Part shown: positions 1 to 12,176 of the stretch, piece by piece | How positions within the stretch are numbered: the stretch's first letter is position 1 | How the letters are laid out: the number at the start of each line of letters is the position of its first letter | Source: Phoronis australis | Lineage: Eukaryota > Animalia > Phoronida | DNA: 64,000 bases | Assembly (NCBI GenBank): GCA_002633005.1 | Contig: NMRA01000080.1 | Coordinates: forward strand, 101,785 to 165,784 | Reading direction: 5' to 3' | The notes under the pieces: generated by a model | What the model saw: only the letters and a program-made list of their open reading frames with translations | Told to the model about the DNA's origin: nothing | Databases searched by the model: none | Made by a program: the position numbers and the translations under genes

Positions 1-72
1 TTTACACAACTTCGGTTTTCAAAAACGTCTTTTCACAATATGTAAAAACCAAATCCCGGCTTTGTTTTATAC

Positions 73-258
73 CTCGGAAAGAAAGTTAACACTAATGACA
101 TGCGTGTCGTTTTGTGACTGACCTATTTTTCCCGTACTTGGAAGGTATTGAGGAGCAAACTCGCCATTACCCGAGTTAGTTTGAATCATTAACGACTTTG
201 ATGACAGCCAGTAGCAAGCCAGATCTAACAAAATCCCGGATACTTTTTCAACGGGCAT
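73..258 (-). CDS. Possible first coding exon of a divergently transcribed gene running out of the window
   Basis: ATG at 258, 62 open codons (MPVEKVSGILLDLACYW...FLSE), ending at GAG|gtataa, a plausible phase-0 donor. No family recognised. Confidence 0.25.
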
Positions 259-479
259 TTTCTCCCTTTTAACATCGTAAATTTAGCTACTCGAATGCAC
301 AAGTCAGTTAGAGAGCACTGATTCAACTTTCACGTCGGCAGATTGCCTTGCGCTCTAGAGTCTTTCAATGGCGGTCGTGAAGAACAGTAAGGCCGTACCT
401 GCATGAATGAAGTCAATTTTGAGATCTGAAATTTGTGATTATTTATATTCTCGATGATCTAAAAAATCTATTTTGGCGC

Positions 480-606
480 GTAAAAATGGCGGGAAAATTT
501 TGCGACCTGGCATTTATGAATGTGAGCTGGATTTTGAAAATGCGACCTGGGATTTTGGCTAGGTCGTGAAATGCGACCTGGAGATTTTAATAGCGTCGAG
601 CCCTGA
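480..606. mobile_element. hAT-like MITE remnant (right end)
   Basis: Sub-repeats aaatgcgacctgg(g)atttt ending in TCGAGCCCTG. A related segment starting CAGGGCTCAAC with the same sub-repeats lies at ~48710-49060. Confidence 0.45.
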
Positions 607-845
607 AATGTGTTGATTTTTCTGCAACTACATGTATACATTGGCATAGAAAATAGGTAGTCATCATAAGTTTTCATAACAACCACCAAATGTGTAACAT
701 GACTTCTGCCCATGAACTACTTTTAGAGACTAGGGAGTATGTTATGTCTGCCAATGAATTTCTGCGATGATGAAGTTAATTAAACATGCTAAAGCCGTCA
801 AAAATATTGGTGCCTTCACTTTAGCTTGGTATTCATATTTTCTGA

Positions 846-1431
846 NNNNNNNNNNNNNNNNNNNNNNNNNNNNNNNNNNNNNNNNNNNNNNNNNNNNNNN
901 NNNNNNNNNNNNNNNNNNNNNNNNNNNNNNNNNNNNNNNNNNNNNNNNNNNNNNNNNNNNNNNNNNNNNNNNNNNNNNNNNNNNNNNNNNNNNNNNNNNN
1001 NNNNNNNNNNNNNNNNNNNNNNNNNNNNNNNNNNNNNNNNNNNNNNNNNNNNNNNNNNNNNNNNNNNNNNNNNNNNNNNNNNNNNNNNNNNNNNNNNNNN
1101 NNNNNNNNNNNNNNNNNNNNNNNNNNNNNNNNNNNNNNNNNNNNNNNNNNNNNNNNNNNNNNNNNNNNNNNNNNNNNNNNNNNNNNNNNNNNNNNNNNNN
1201 NNNNNNNNNNNNNNNNNNNNNNNNNNNNNNNNNNNNNNNNNNNNNNNNNNNNNNNNNNNNNNNNNNNNNNNNNNNNNNNNNNNNNNNNNNNNNNNNNNNN
1301 NNNNNNNNNNNNNNNNNNNNNNNNNNNNNNNNNNNNNNNNNNNNNNNNNNNNNNNNNNNNNNNNNNNNNNNNNNNNNNNNNNNNNNNNNNNNNNNNNNNN
1401 NNNNNNNNNNNNNNNNNNNNNNNNNNNNNNN
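846..1431. other. Assembly gap (N run)
   Basis: Continuous run of n; the ORFs spanning it are artefacts. Confidence 0.99.
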
Positions 1432-1782
1432 ACTCAAAACCAATTGGAAATTTAAACAAAACAGAAATGAAGTGAATCTCTAAATTAAGGTTAAGCAACT
1501 ATTATAGATTAAAACACGTTTTTTACACGCTAAGCTTCGACCGGGAAATTATCGTCTGCTAAAGTAGGTTACCACTGGTAACTGAATATAATTCTCAAGT
1601 CAAAGATCCAGACGACACAATACCCGCATTCAAACTGGAGATCGGTGATTTACAAGTAAGAGGACATAAGAGAAAAATTTCACTGAATTAAGATATTATT
1701 TTTTTGGAAATTATGTGTCTTATTTTTCGTAGCGTATAAGTACAGTACAATGCGGTTGGTTGAACGTGCGATTATTGCGCGT

Positions 1783-2176
1783 GCTCATTTAAGTATTCTA
1801 TTTTCACTCTTGAAGACGTTAGTCGCTGCGTGGTGTAGTGGTTAAAGTCGGCGATCAGCAATACCAAGGTCCCGGGTTCGACTCCGCCCTCGGTTTCCCG
1901 CCAAATCGTTATCTCACTAGTGAGATAACTTTATGGGTTATTACACGGTTTTATCTGGCATTTGACGCTAATATTGTGAGCTCATTTAAGTATTCTATTT
2001 TCACTCTTGATGACGTCAGTCGCTGCGTGGTGTAGTGGTTACAGTCGGCGATCAGGAATACCAAGGTCCCGGGTTCGACTCCGTCCTCGGTTTTCCCGCC
2101 AAATCGTTATCTCACTAGTGAGATAACTTTATGGGTTATTACACGATTTTATCTGCCATTTGACGCTAATATTGTG
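1783..2176 (+). repeat. Two tandem 197-bp units, each with a tRNA-derived (SINE-like) Pol III head and a 22-bp perfect palindrome
   Basis: Units start at 1783 and 1980. A box TGGTGTAGTGG (1831-1841), B box GGTTCGACTCC (1875-1885). Stems do not pair as a real tRNA. Palindrome GTTATCTCACTAGTGAGATAAC at 1908-1929 and 2106-2127. Confidence 0.8.
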
Positions 2177-2296
2177 GTATAAAATGCACTATGCAGTATA
2201 ATACGAAGACAAGTGTACAGCCTGTGGGACAGGTTTTGAATCATTTGACACCAGTGCAGTATACACGTGCGTGAGTTGCCGTAAAAGACCGGACAT

Positions 2297-3003
2297 GAAA
2301 GAAGAATGCCACCCGATTTAATTAGTCTTTTTTGCCGTCTTAATCGGTCTATATCCACATCGCCTCGCCTGCGGTCGACCTTACCTTGCCAAGAGGTGTC
2401 GCGTTAACCTTTGAGGAAGGTGAGAAACGACGCTAGCGACGTCAGTGGTTCAAAATGAATTACTCTCCCCTAACCAATACTTTTATAAAACTAAAACAAA
2501 GTCTGTCTCATTAGATGCAATTTGTAATGCCTTTGGAGTGTTCGTGAGTGCACATGATTTGAGAAGCCAGCAATGAATAAATCACTGCGTAACCGGCTTT
2601 AGGTGCAATAAAACCAGTAATTGACGGGATGACCTAGTAGGCCGTGTGAGCTCATGCTAATTTAGTGTTTGCTGGCAGAAACTCGAAACAACTCGATTTC
2701 CATCCCACGGCCAGGTGTTAGGGGAATCTTTATTTACATTTATATTACTCAAATAATAATTGTCAATGTACAAGTTCTGCCCTGACGGTGCTGTGGCCAA
2801 AGCGGAACCGGCTGAATTCGCGGCCCCCGCGACTAGTAAGTAGATTTGCTGTTTCGTGGCTAATTCACCAAGATAATCAGGTGCATATTACTTTGGCTCA
2901 CTAGTATAGTATTTTCTTGACTGCAAGTTTAGTTTCCATGGAGCTTTGACAGGTTTATGTTCGTGATGTCTGATCAGTTTCCGAGCCACTGGCGGGCGGG
3001 GAT
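2297..3003 (+). mobile_element. Internally deleted copy of the element at 60777-61900 (Kolobok-like non-autonomous DNA transposon)
   Basis: Colinear high similarity to 60789-61900 (cacccgatttaattagtcttttttgccg...ccgagc(c/g)actggcggg). It lacks the ~445-bp THAP-containing segment. Confidence 0.75.
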
Positions 3004-3067
3004 GTGCCAAATTTGGTGAAAATCGGCTGACCCCCACCTTGCCGCTCATGGTTGGTGCTCTCGTGGA

Positions 3068-3400
3068 CTAGCACTTAATTCCTAGATAGGTAACTTCAGG
3101 GACTTGAGGTATCAACGCTCCCATATATTCTAAGGTGAACATGTTGAAATAACCTCGTGAGGCTAACATCCATTCCCCTTTATCTGATTGGATGGACATC
3201 TTGTTGTCTTCGGTCCAATCGGCCATACCACCACTTGCTGATTGCAGGCCCTCCACGGCATGTCTTGGAGTGTTCGCCTCATTAGCGACTATCAAGTCAT
3301 CAACATAGCTGTATGGTGAAGCTCCATCTACACTTGCTGCTTGTATGAGATCTGCCGTGTAGACATTAAAGAGCATTGAGCTGAGAGGGGACCCTTGCCA
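3068..3400 (-). pseudogene. Non-LTR retrotransposon reverse transcriptase fragment
   Basis: Within ORF 3068..3553: QGSPLSSMLFNVYTADL, YSYVDDLIV (YxDD), and YLG motifs typical of LINE RT. Truncated. Confidence 0.85.
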
Positions 3401-3831
3401 CTTTGTTGTAGGCGTCTTCCAGATCAAAGAGAGCAATTGCAGTGTGTTGCAAAAAATGCATTCCCTCCTGAATTTCATGCAGTATCGCTTTAACGTTGGA
3501 AACAGTGGATCTTCTTGGTCTAGCTCCTCCAACTCTCGGTGATAGATAGCCATGTCTCTCTAGGTCATATGCTAGTCGCTGCGCTACAATTTTTTCCGTA
3601 ATTTTTGCCCAAGTGTTCTATCACACCAGCCCATTTGTGGACTTGTACATCACCTGGAAAATTTTCCTCGTTTTTGTCTGACTCATTGGTCATTCCAAAC
3701 CCTGTTTATTGAGAGTCCCCATTAGGCAGCCAAAATAATGAAATAATTTCGTGATGTAAAACTGTTATTTTGTAAATATTCCCATACGTAATACCTGGAT
3801 TACTTTACATGTTTTCAGTTGGTGAAGAAAA

Positions 3832-3919
3832 ATGCCTGTAGAGGTGAATGCAGTTGATCTGAATGACTCGCAGCTCAGGGAAGAACTTCTCAAGTATGGT
3901 GTGGACGCTGCCGTAGTAG
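3832..3919 (+). CDS. LEM-domain protein (emerin/LAP2beta-like), coding exon 1
   Basis: ttttcag acceptor at 3818, ATG at 3832. MPVEVNAVDLNDSQLREELLKYGVDAAVV(G) is LEM helix 1. Donor G|gtgaga, phase 1. Confidence 0.88.
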
Positions 3920-4654
3920 GTGAGAGGATTGTCGTACAAGCCCATTGGACACTCGGTGTGGGTTTGTAAGTTTGCCCTCAAACTGTAATACAACATGCCC
4001 AATTTCACTTGCTGGCTCGCAACGTCCCACTCCACATGTCCATAGCCAAATGCACTCCATGCGAGTTGATTTGGTTACAGCGAAACTACCCTCACAGATT
4101 CACTGTTCAAATGTAACGGAATTTAATCGAGTGTCATATTTGATGTGCGTTTTTGAAAGAATTAAAATTTATTTTTATATCAATTTGTTCAAACCCAAAT
4201 TATTTACTTGGAAGAAATGTTAGGTCTGCATTTAGTTAGTAGCTTGTGTTCCATCTATGAAGTGAGCATTTGATTTGGACCATGTACTGTAGCATAGAAT
4301 TGGTGTCAATTTCCTGCTTATTGAGATGAGAAGCTATTGCTGGGGTTGCAAGGAACTGAGATGGCAATTCCTCGAGATGATGCTCAGCACATAAAATGAC
4401 AAGCCAACTTGCTGTGGCTGGTCTCAAACAATAATGAACTACCAGTTTTTTTCAAAGTGCAAAAACCGTCTCCAATTTGTCCGAGGGACAACTCGAGACC
4501 GATTCCATAATGGTAAGTATTCGAAATCTCAATTTTTTGTGATGGAATGGGGCTTGATAGCCGCTTAGGTAGTTTTGATTCTTCTTTAAGGAGTACATCT
4601 CGTGTGTGATTTTAGTAGTGTATCACACATGTATGAGCGTGATTTTCTCTCTAG

Positions 4655-4771
4655 GCTCTACGAGGAAGTTTTATGAGAGGAAACTGGAGCGCCTAATGGG
4701 TTCGGGTGAGCCTCAATTTGAAGGGGAGTCAGAGGAAGAAGATGAGGAGGAGGAGGAGGAGGAGGAAGAAG
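4655..4771 (+). CDS. LEM-domain protein, coding exon 2 (LEM helix 2 plus acidic tract)
   Basis: tttctctctag acceptor. GSTRKFYERKLERLM matches the LEM TRKLYEKKL motif, followed by poly-Glu. Donor G|gttag, phase 1. Confidence 0.9.
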
Positions 4772-4811
4772 GTTAGACAGTATGATGAGCTTTGGATTTT
4801 ACAACTTTCAT

Positions 4812-5186
4812 TGAAGAGGCATATCTCACCAATTAGCTGGCTAAAAATCGAAAATCGAATTAGGCCTTCTACTCTCTTATGATCAGTCTCTTAGTAGTCC
4901 TTGCCATGATAGGATTCTATTCCGTTACCAACAAGATCATCAAACCATCTTCCACTCAAGCAAACACTTAAAAGATCAACTTTAAAATTGGCAATTTTCA
5001 AAATGCCACACGTATGTATAGCTAATTTCGAAAGTGGCATATGTACGCATTGCTTGTGACTGGAGTTACGGTAATGGAATTAAATCAGGTAAAAGAAATG
5101 TTATGTGACCTATTTTATGAGAGAATAATGCCTCCTAATTCGATTTTCGTTTCTGAGCCAACTAGGCAGGGTGAAACGCACCTTAA
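4812..5186. mobile_element. Old TIR MITE in LEM intron (Kolobok-like ...CCTTAA end)
   Basis: tagctggctaaaaatcgaaaatcgaattagg (~4834-4864) is inverted to cctaattcgattttcgtttctgagccaacta (~5134-5164). The right end is caccttaa. Confidence 0.55.
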
Positions 5187-5874
5187 ATAATTTTCTGAGT
5201 CTGCAATTTTCCTTCTGCACAGACCGCTCAGCCATGCTCACTAACAATTTTCTTTTCTCATGATGGCAGCAAATTTCTCCTGTGTCAGTTTGAGATTGAG
5301 TTCAAGGTCACAAGATCAACTATGATATCGTCTGCGAAGCAAAATACGTCAGGAATAAGCTGCATATCTTTTGCCTTACTGCAAATCTGTCCTAGTGAGC
5401 AACTGTCTTTCTCCACCAACCACTGTTGTACCAAGTTGTTGACGTATAAAGACAGAGTAGATACGCTGCACCAAGCACAGGCTGTGTAATACTAGACATA
5501 TGTAACGTGCTGTTTGTGATGAAAGAAATGTGTTGGTGAGAACAGAATTGCGGTTCATGAGAAAATGGTTGTTCCCATTAGGAAGAGATGTCATTGGTTT
5601 TCATGAGAAATGAAGTCGTTTTTAGTGAGATCATTTGTGCTGTCCATGCATACAAAACTTTATCTGCCTTGATTTGGTTGAATGAAATACAACATTGTCT
5701 TCCTTGGCGGCATGCTGAGGCTGGAATTGTCTTGATAATATGGCTTTATATAACATTTAAATTTCATACTTCTAGCATATACTTTCTCTTCTCCGGAAAC
5801 ACTGCTGCTAGTCAATGGAAGCATTAAGATTACATAAGTTTCCATTTTTTGTTCATTTAAGCATTAGAGACATC

Positions 5875-6122
5875 AGGGCTTAGAATTTTCCTCTTTTTAG
5901 AGGATTTCCTCTTTTTTGGTTTCATTTCCTCTCATTCAATTTCCAATTTTCTCTTTTTTGTCTCTTTTTTATCATTATTTTGACTTTATTTGTGCAAACG
6001 TTTTTGTTTCAGCTAAATTTTACCACACAAAAAATATTTCTATAACTCAAGCCTATTTATTGTGGAATGATACATCGCCTGGAAAATTTTCCTCTTTTTG
6101 TCATTGGTCATTCCAAGACCTG
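5875..6122. mobile_element. hAT-like MITE
   Basis: CAGGGCTTAGAAT...ATTCCAAGACCTG termini with aattttcctcttttt sub-repeats. The same right end occurs at ~3650-3704. Confidence 0.5.
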
Positions 6123-6179
6123 AGACACTCAAGTTGTAATAAGTTCATTGGTTGGTTTATTCCATTGTAGGCATTCCTG

Positions 6180-6290
6180 GCAGTACCAGGATGTAGCATG
6201 CCCTCATTTTGAGAACCAGTTTTCTCTTCTGCATAACGGGCATCAAACTGGTTCTCAAAGTGTGTGCATGTAAAATCTGACTATTGCTTA
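6180..6290. mobile_element. Short palindromic repeat family (tttgagaaccagttt...aaactggttctcaaa)
   Basis: Internal inverted repeat. A homologous copy lies at ~52715-52820 and a partial one at ~42170-42240. Confidence 0.6.
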
Positions 6291-7022
6291 CACTTCTTAC
6301 GTTCTAACCACTTGAATTTTCATTAATAGCTTTTTCCCCAAGCTGTATTTATGCTCCATACTTTTATTTCTTACCCACATATTTCTTTTCTCGTGAAGCA
6401 CATTCTGATTACCATAGTTAAACTACTGTCTCTTTAAATTCCATACCAACTCCCCTTACGTTTCTCACCAACTCCTCTCCATCAAGAAACACAATTATTT
6501 TGACTCTCATAATTGTGCAGAAATTTTCCACAAAAATTATTGCCAAAACTACCATTCTTATTTTTCAATTATTGCAAGGAGTGGAAACTTTTAACTAAAA
6601 CATTTTATTATGTATTTGCAGTTAGTGATGTAGAATTTTATGACTATATTAACTTAGAAATTGGTTAATTATCTATTTTTGGTAAGGAATTTGACAAGTA
6701 GTTTGATTTGGCAGGCAGATTGTGTGCTAAAGAGGTGAAGACTTAAGTAATGTTAATGGCCATGATTATGGGTAATAATTTTAAAAACTAATTGCAGGCG
6801 GCCTGGTACAGGTTGTACCAGACATGCGCAGAACCATTTTTGGGCTTCATTAATATATAGTTGAAACAGAGCTGAGGAGCTAGAAACCTGGCTTATGGGT
6901 CTAGCAGAGTGGCCCAGCGATACTCAAACTTACAACCTGGAGTTAAAGAAAGCGGGCACCTATCACTCTAGGCCACACTGCCTCCTCTACCTATGGCTAA
7001 CTTAGTGTGTTTAATGTTGCAG

Positions 7023-7095
7023 ACGAGCCGATAGAGGAACCTGAACCTGTAAAAACCAGTGCTAGAAAAAGACAAACCATTACCTCGACAACAAG
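7023..7095 (+). CDS. LEM-domain protein, coding exon 3
   Basis: tgttgcag acceptor, DEPIEEPEPVKTSARKRQTITSTT(R), AG|gtaaaa donor. Phases (1 in, 2 out) link exons 2 and 4 in frame. Confidence 0.8.
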
Positions 7096-7863
7096 GTAAA
7101 AATTTGTGAACTGAGCGTTTCCTCGCTTGGTGAAATTTGTAAGTAGATTTCTGAGGTGAAGATGTCATCAAGTACAAATTGTTATTTTCTATTTGACTGT
7201 GACTTAACTCACAAGTTTCTCAAGTGTTGTAAAGAGCACTAGGTAGTGAGATGGTGTACTTAACTTAAAGTGTTCATTTTGAGACTGCAGATACAGATGT
7301 CTGTTTCTGATGATACCGTCTGACTTCCCTTGTTCTTGTTGGTAAATTTCTTTGTCACGTAAATCACTCTCAAAAAATGGTGACTTAGCAAAGGAGCTCC
7401 TCGTGTGATTTAGGTTCTTTTGGTGTAAAGACAAAGTGAAATAAAGGAACTCTTCATTGCCAAAAGGCAAATCTTGCAGTGTCAGTAGCGGTCGTGTTCA
7501 GGGCAGGCCAAAAAAAATTGAACAGCATACTGTTTCCCCGGCAACATAAGGGTCATTCTAGCTACTCAGATAGTAAGTTCCACGTACACTCAGCTGTGAT
7601 GACGGGGAACTCTGCTTGTGCTCAGCACTTCGTGATGGAGGCAACCCCACATCATTTTGTTAGATTATTTTTGTATGTTTTGTACATGTAGCGTCCTAAT
7701 ACGGATGCAAATGTCAGGTTTAACAATGAAGTATCTTAAAGTGTTGCAGCCGCGTTGTAATAGTTATCGTATAGCATGTGTCGTTCGTAGACCCTGCATT
7801 TCTGTCTAATGGTTCTTTCTGAAGTTTGTCACAAAGCATTACTGTTTGTGCATCGACTTGCAG

Positions 7864-8074
7864 AACAACAGACTCCGTGAGTGAACAGACAACAGCCAAA
7901 ACAGTCTACACATCTAGCACGCCAGCAAGCGCAAACGGTGCAACAAAACTTGAGGCCAAGTCTGGAATGTCTTTGTGGAAGAAACTGTTGATGCTTGCCG
8001 TTCTTGGGGGCATTGTCTACATGGTTATCATGATGCTGAACAGCGAAGACAATCCGATACCGAAGCTTCAGTGA
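7864..8074 (+). CDS. LEM-domain protein, terminal exon with C-terminal transmembrane helix
   Basis: cttgcag acceptor, S/T-rich linker, TM LLMLAVLGGIVYMVIMML, short lumenal tail SEDNPIPKLQ, TGA. Joined CDS is 489 nt (162 aa). Confidence 0.85.
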
Positions 8075-9233
8075 GGAAAGATTTGACTTTCGTTGTAATC
8101 GTTTCTAGTGGCATCATTGGTACTGCTGAAGGGGATTGGTGAGGAAATAGATGATATAGAGTTCAGAAGCTCTGAATGTATGTTCCAGCGTACAATATAC
8201 AGCGTTCAGTTGACAACTCACTGGGTGAATTAGTTTACGCGGTGTTTAAAAATACGTAGCATATTGCTGGGCCTTTACTGTGTTGGAAAATTTCAATTTT
8301 TTTGAAAATTTCTCAGTAAACTGTTACTTTATGGTAAGGATTCTAAAATTTGTGAGAAAAGGCTCAATTTTTTTCAATTTCTGTTTGATCGACAAGAAGG
8401 GAATTTTCCTTAGGAAAAAGTTCTGCAGTTTTAGACACCGTCAGTATTTGTGCTTTTTTGTTGTCTTTGATTGTGTAGTCTTAGTTATGGTTCAGTTTTT
8501 AAATAAAGTGATAAGATTGCTTTTGGTACCACTTTTGTTGATTTACGAATGGCATGTTGTCTTTAACCTTGTCAGAGTCTACAGAATATTTATACTGTAA
8601 ATTAAACTTAGGAAGATACTAAGTTATTGTGGCCAATACATATTACATGTACAATGTAAATTCTTCAGCTTGGGACAAAATAATTGCTAAATTGCCATTT
8701 TAATTTTCTGTTTTCCAGAGACTTACCACATTGTTATAAGTGCTCAAAATTTTACCAAATTAATATTGTTTGATAATATCTACACCATATGAACCATGAT
8801 CAGAGCAAAGTAAATTTTCTTGAAAAGTTAGTTTTGTTGAGAAATTTGACAAAATGAAATTTCAGCCGTCTGCCGTATTGTGTCCCTAACTATAGAATTT
8901 CTCCTGTAAACACTAGATGTGACCTTGCGCTAGTTCGTATTTTTAGTTGCATATAAGTGTTGCTGTAAGATCACTTAAATTTAGTTTAATGTGATCAATA
9001 TCTAGATATTTGATTTGGTTAAGTTGGTTTTTGTTGGATGTACAGTAAAACTGGCGTAGGTCAGACAGTTGTTTAAATGAATCTTTATGGGAAAGCTACG
9101 CTGCCCCAACTGTTTGTTGTTAGCTGAGGCATGCTATAGCAACACCACACATTATTTATGTTTGTTGAGGGATCTTGTTGTTTACACTGGTCACCATGGG
9201 TTACGAAGCACTCTTTGGAGCTAGTTGGTGGCT

Positions 9234-9555
9234 TAAGGTAAAAATTCTCCAGTTTGGAACAGTCCCTAAAACTTGGTACTCTGAAATATAAGCCTAAATT
9301 AAATTTCCTTGATTCTGAACATTGGTACATGGATAATTTTGGTGCTTATCATATTTCTCAATCATTGGACCCTGTATTTTGTATCAACTATGTCTTGAGA
9401 TAAAATCGTCAAAAATAGCTGCGAAGGCAAAATTATCTTTTTATTCTTGAATTCGGTATGGTAAATATTGCTTATTTATAAAATTTGATACAAGCCCCCA
9501 TCTTGAGATCAATAATTTATTTTTTCAATGTCCCAAACTGGAGAATTTTTCTGTA
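9234..9555. mobile_element. Tc1/mariner-like MITE downstream of the LEM stop codon
   Basis: TIRs aaaaattctccagtttggaaca / tgtcccaaactggagaattttt with TA at the ends. A related left end occurs at 49701. Confidence 0.6.
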
Positions 9556-12176
9556 TTAACATAAGATGTGGGTTTGGTAGCAATTGCTTAATTTATGACT
9601 GAACTGCATGTTGTAACTGGCAGCTTTCAAAATACAAATATTCTAACCTAAGGTTGAAGCTTTATGTTATAGATTCCATGGGGTCAGGAACTCCATAGGA
9701 TGTTACACCAGCATAGTCTTAAAAAAGAATTGCCATCTTCTAAACACAAGATTTTGAATCAAAACTTTTAAGTAGCGAAAATGATCCCCTTCTTAAGTTC
9801 AACAAAAGCCAACACAATTTCAGTGACATTAGTCTGGAATAAAAATATGTTATGTTTTAGAGTTAAATTGGACTTTCACATACTAGTATCAAAGTTGTTT
9901 GCATTTATATTTTGGATGATGACAAGTATATTAGGTGTCCTTGCTATTTTTCAATGTAGTACAAGGTCAGAAAATGTTCATTATACCAGTTAAAAGCCAG
10001 TTCGTCTTGTAGGGGGTTCAGTCCGTCCTCAACTGACCAGAAGTCCTGTGGAATGCTATCCACAAGTCCGTGTTTAGCCAAGTTTTCAACAATTGAAAAC
10101 TAAAAGTTAACCAATTTTGTAAAAGTATAAATTTTTCTTAAGTCCCTGTAGATGGTACTTACTTCGTATTTATCTACCATTAATGGAGTCGCGTGACCAC
10201 ACCTTATTAAAATTGAGAAAAAAATAAAGTTACATTTTGGTATTTAAATTTAACAAAAAGTTACTTTCTTTACAAATGAGGGTATTGATAACATGGCTCA
10301 ATTTCTTTAGATGTAAGGGGTCGAGGTGAGATTCTGTTGTTAGAGTATTATTAATAATTATTTCGTTATCGTTTTATAAGTTGATTTTATTATTGAAAAT
10401 CCTGAACGTCAACTCCCTTATGCTAAAGTGGAACATTTTAAAAGCAGTTCCTAAAATCGTTTTGAAGAAAGTGCATTGCCGTATTTGAAAGTTGAATTCG
10501 ATCAATCAGCTTTTAGGAAATAGATGTGTGCAGTGTTCTGAAGAAAAATTTGCATACCCTTAATATAACTTTACAAATGGACCCGAATAGACGCATTTTA
10601 AAGCAAATAGACGCGTATAGAGGTTATATACGCGTATACAGATGCCCATGAACGGGATGGACGCGTTTAGACGAAAAGGCGCAAAAAACGGGCATGTTAA
10701 CGCAAATAGACGCGTATAGAGGAAATATACGCGTATGTAGATGTGTATAACCTGGCAAAGATGCGCTTAGACGCGTATACGACACTAATAGACGCGAATA
10801 GACTCATGTAAACGCAAATAAATGTTACAGAGGCTATGTACACAATACATTTGCGAATAAACGGGATTGACGAGCTTAGACGCGTATAGACACGAAAAAA
10901 CGTTAATAGAAGCATGTATGCGCAAATAGATGCGTATAGAGGCTATATACCCGTATATAGACGCGTATAAACGGGTATAGACGCACTTTGACACGTATAG
11001 ACACGAATAAACGTGAAAAGAAGTACGTAAACGCAAATAGACGAGTTAAGATTCTATATACTCGTATCTAGATGCATACAAACGGGCATAGACGCGCTAA
11101 GACGGGTATAGACACGAAAAAACGCAAATAGACGCATGTAAACGCAATTAGACAAGTATAGAGGCTAAATGCGCGTATATAGACGAGTATAAGCAGCTAT
11201 AGGCGATTTTAGACGCGTATAGACACGAATAAATGCAAATAGACACATGTAAAGGCAAATAGAGGCGCAATTAGCCTATTCACGCGCATATAAATGCGTA
11301 TCAACGGACGGAGACGCGCTTAGATGCGTGTAGATACGAAAAAACGCGAATAGACGCGAAAAAAACGCGCACAGACGCGTATAGACGCTATTTACGCGTA
11401 TATAGACATGTGTATCCGGGCATGGGCGCGCTTAGACGAAAATAAACGCAAAAAAAACGTGATTAATAGCAAACACAGGCGTGTAGAGTCTATATACGCG
11501 TATCTAAATACTTATAAACGGGCATAGACAAGCTTAGACACGTATAGACACTAGTTGACGCGAATAAAAGCATGTTAACGCAAATACTTTCTATAGAGGC
11601 TATATACATTAAACAGATGCATATAAACGGGCCTAGACGCGCTTAAACGGAAAAAGACCCATGTAAACGCAAATAGAGTCGTAAAGACGCTACATGCGTG
11701 TATACAGATTGGTATAAACGCGCATTAACGTGCTTAGACTAGTATAGAAACGAAAAAACGTGAATAGAGGCACGTAAACACAAAAAGACGCGTATGGAGG
11801 CTATATCAGTGTATATAGATGCATATGAACGGGCATAGACACGCTTAGAGGCGTATAGACAACAATAGACGCAAATAGACGCATGTCAACGCAAATATAC
11901 GCGTATAAAGACGCGTATAAACAGCATAAACGCGCTTAGACGCGTATAGACACGATTAAAGGCGAACAGACGCATGTAAACGCAAATACACGCGTACGGA
12001 GGCTATATCAGTGTATATAGATGCATATAAACGGGTATAGACGCGCTTAGAGGCTATATACGCGTGTACAGACGTGTATAAACTAAATCAACGCGTATAG
12101 TCTCGATTAAACGCGAATAGACGAATGTAAACGCAAAAAGACACGTATAATGTCTTTATACGCCTACATAGACGCA

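Noticed and set aside
742-1498. Four long ORFs of 209-238 aa
   Set aside because: They only span the N gap.
1824-1895. Functional tRNA-Ala(AGC), or tRNA-Pro(AGG) in the second copy
   Set aside because: Acceptor, anticodon and T stems do not pair; treated as SINE-like.
4440-4518. Strong G|gtaagt donor at 4513 with faintly LEM-like translations upstream
   Set aside because: No clear acceptor or start giving a coherent frame; the LEM domain is already complete without it.
6870-7005. Possible extra LEM exon after ttgaaacag
   Set aside because: Immediate stop in the required phase and no donor.
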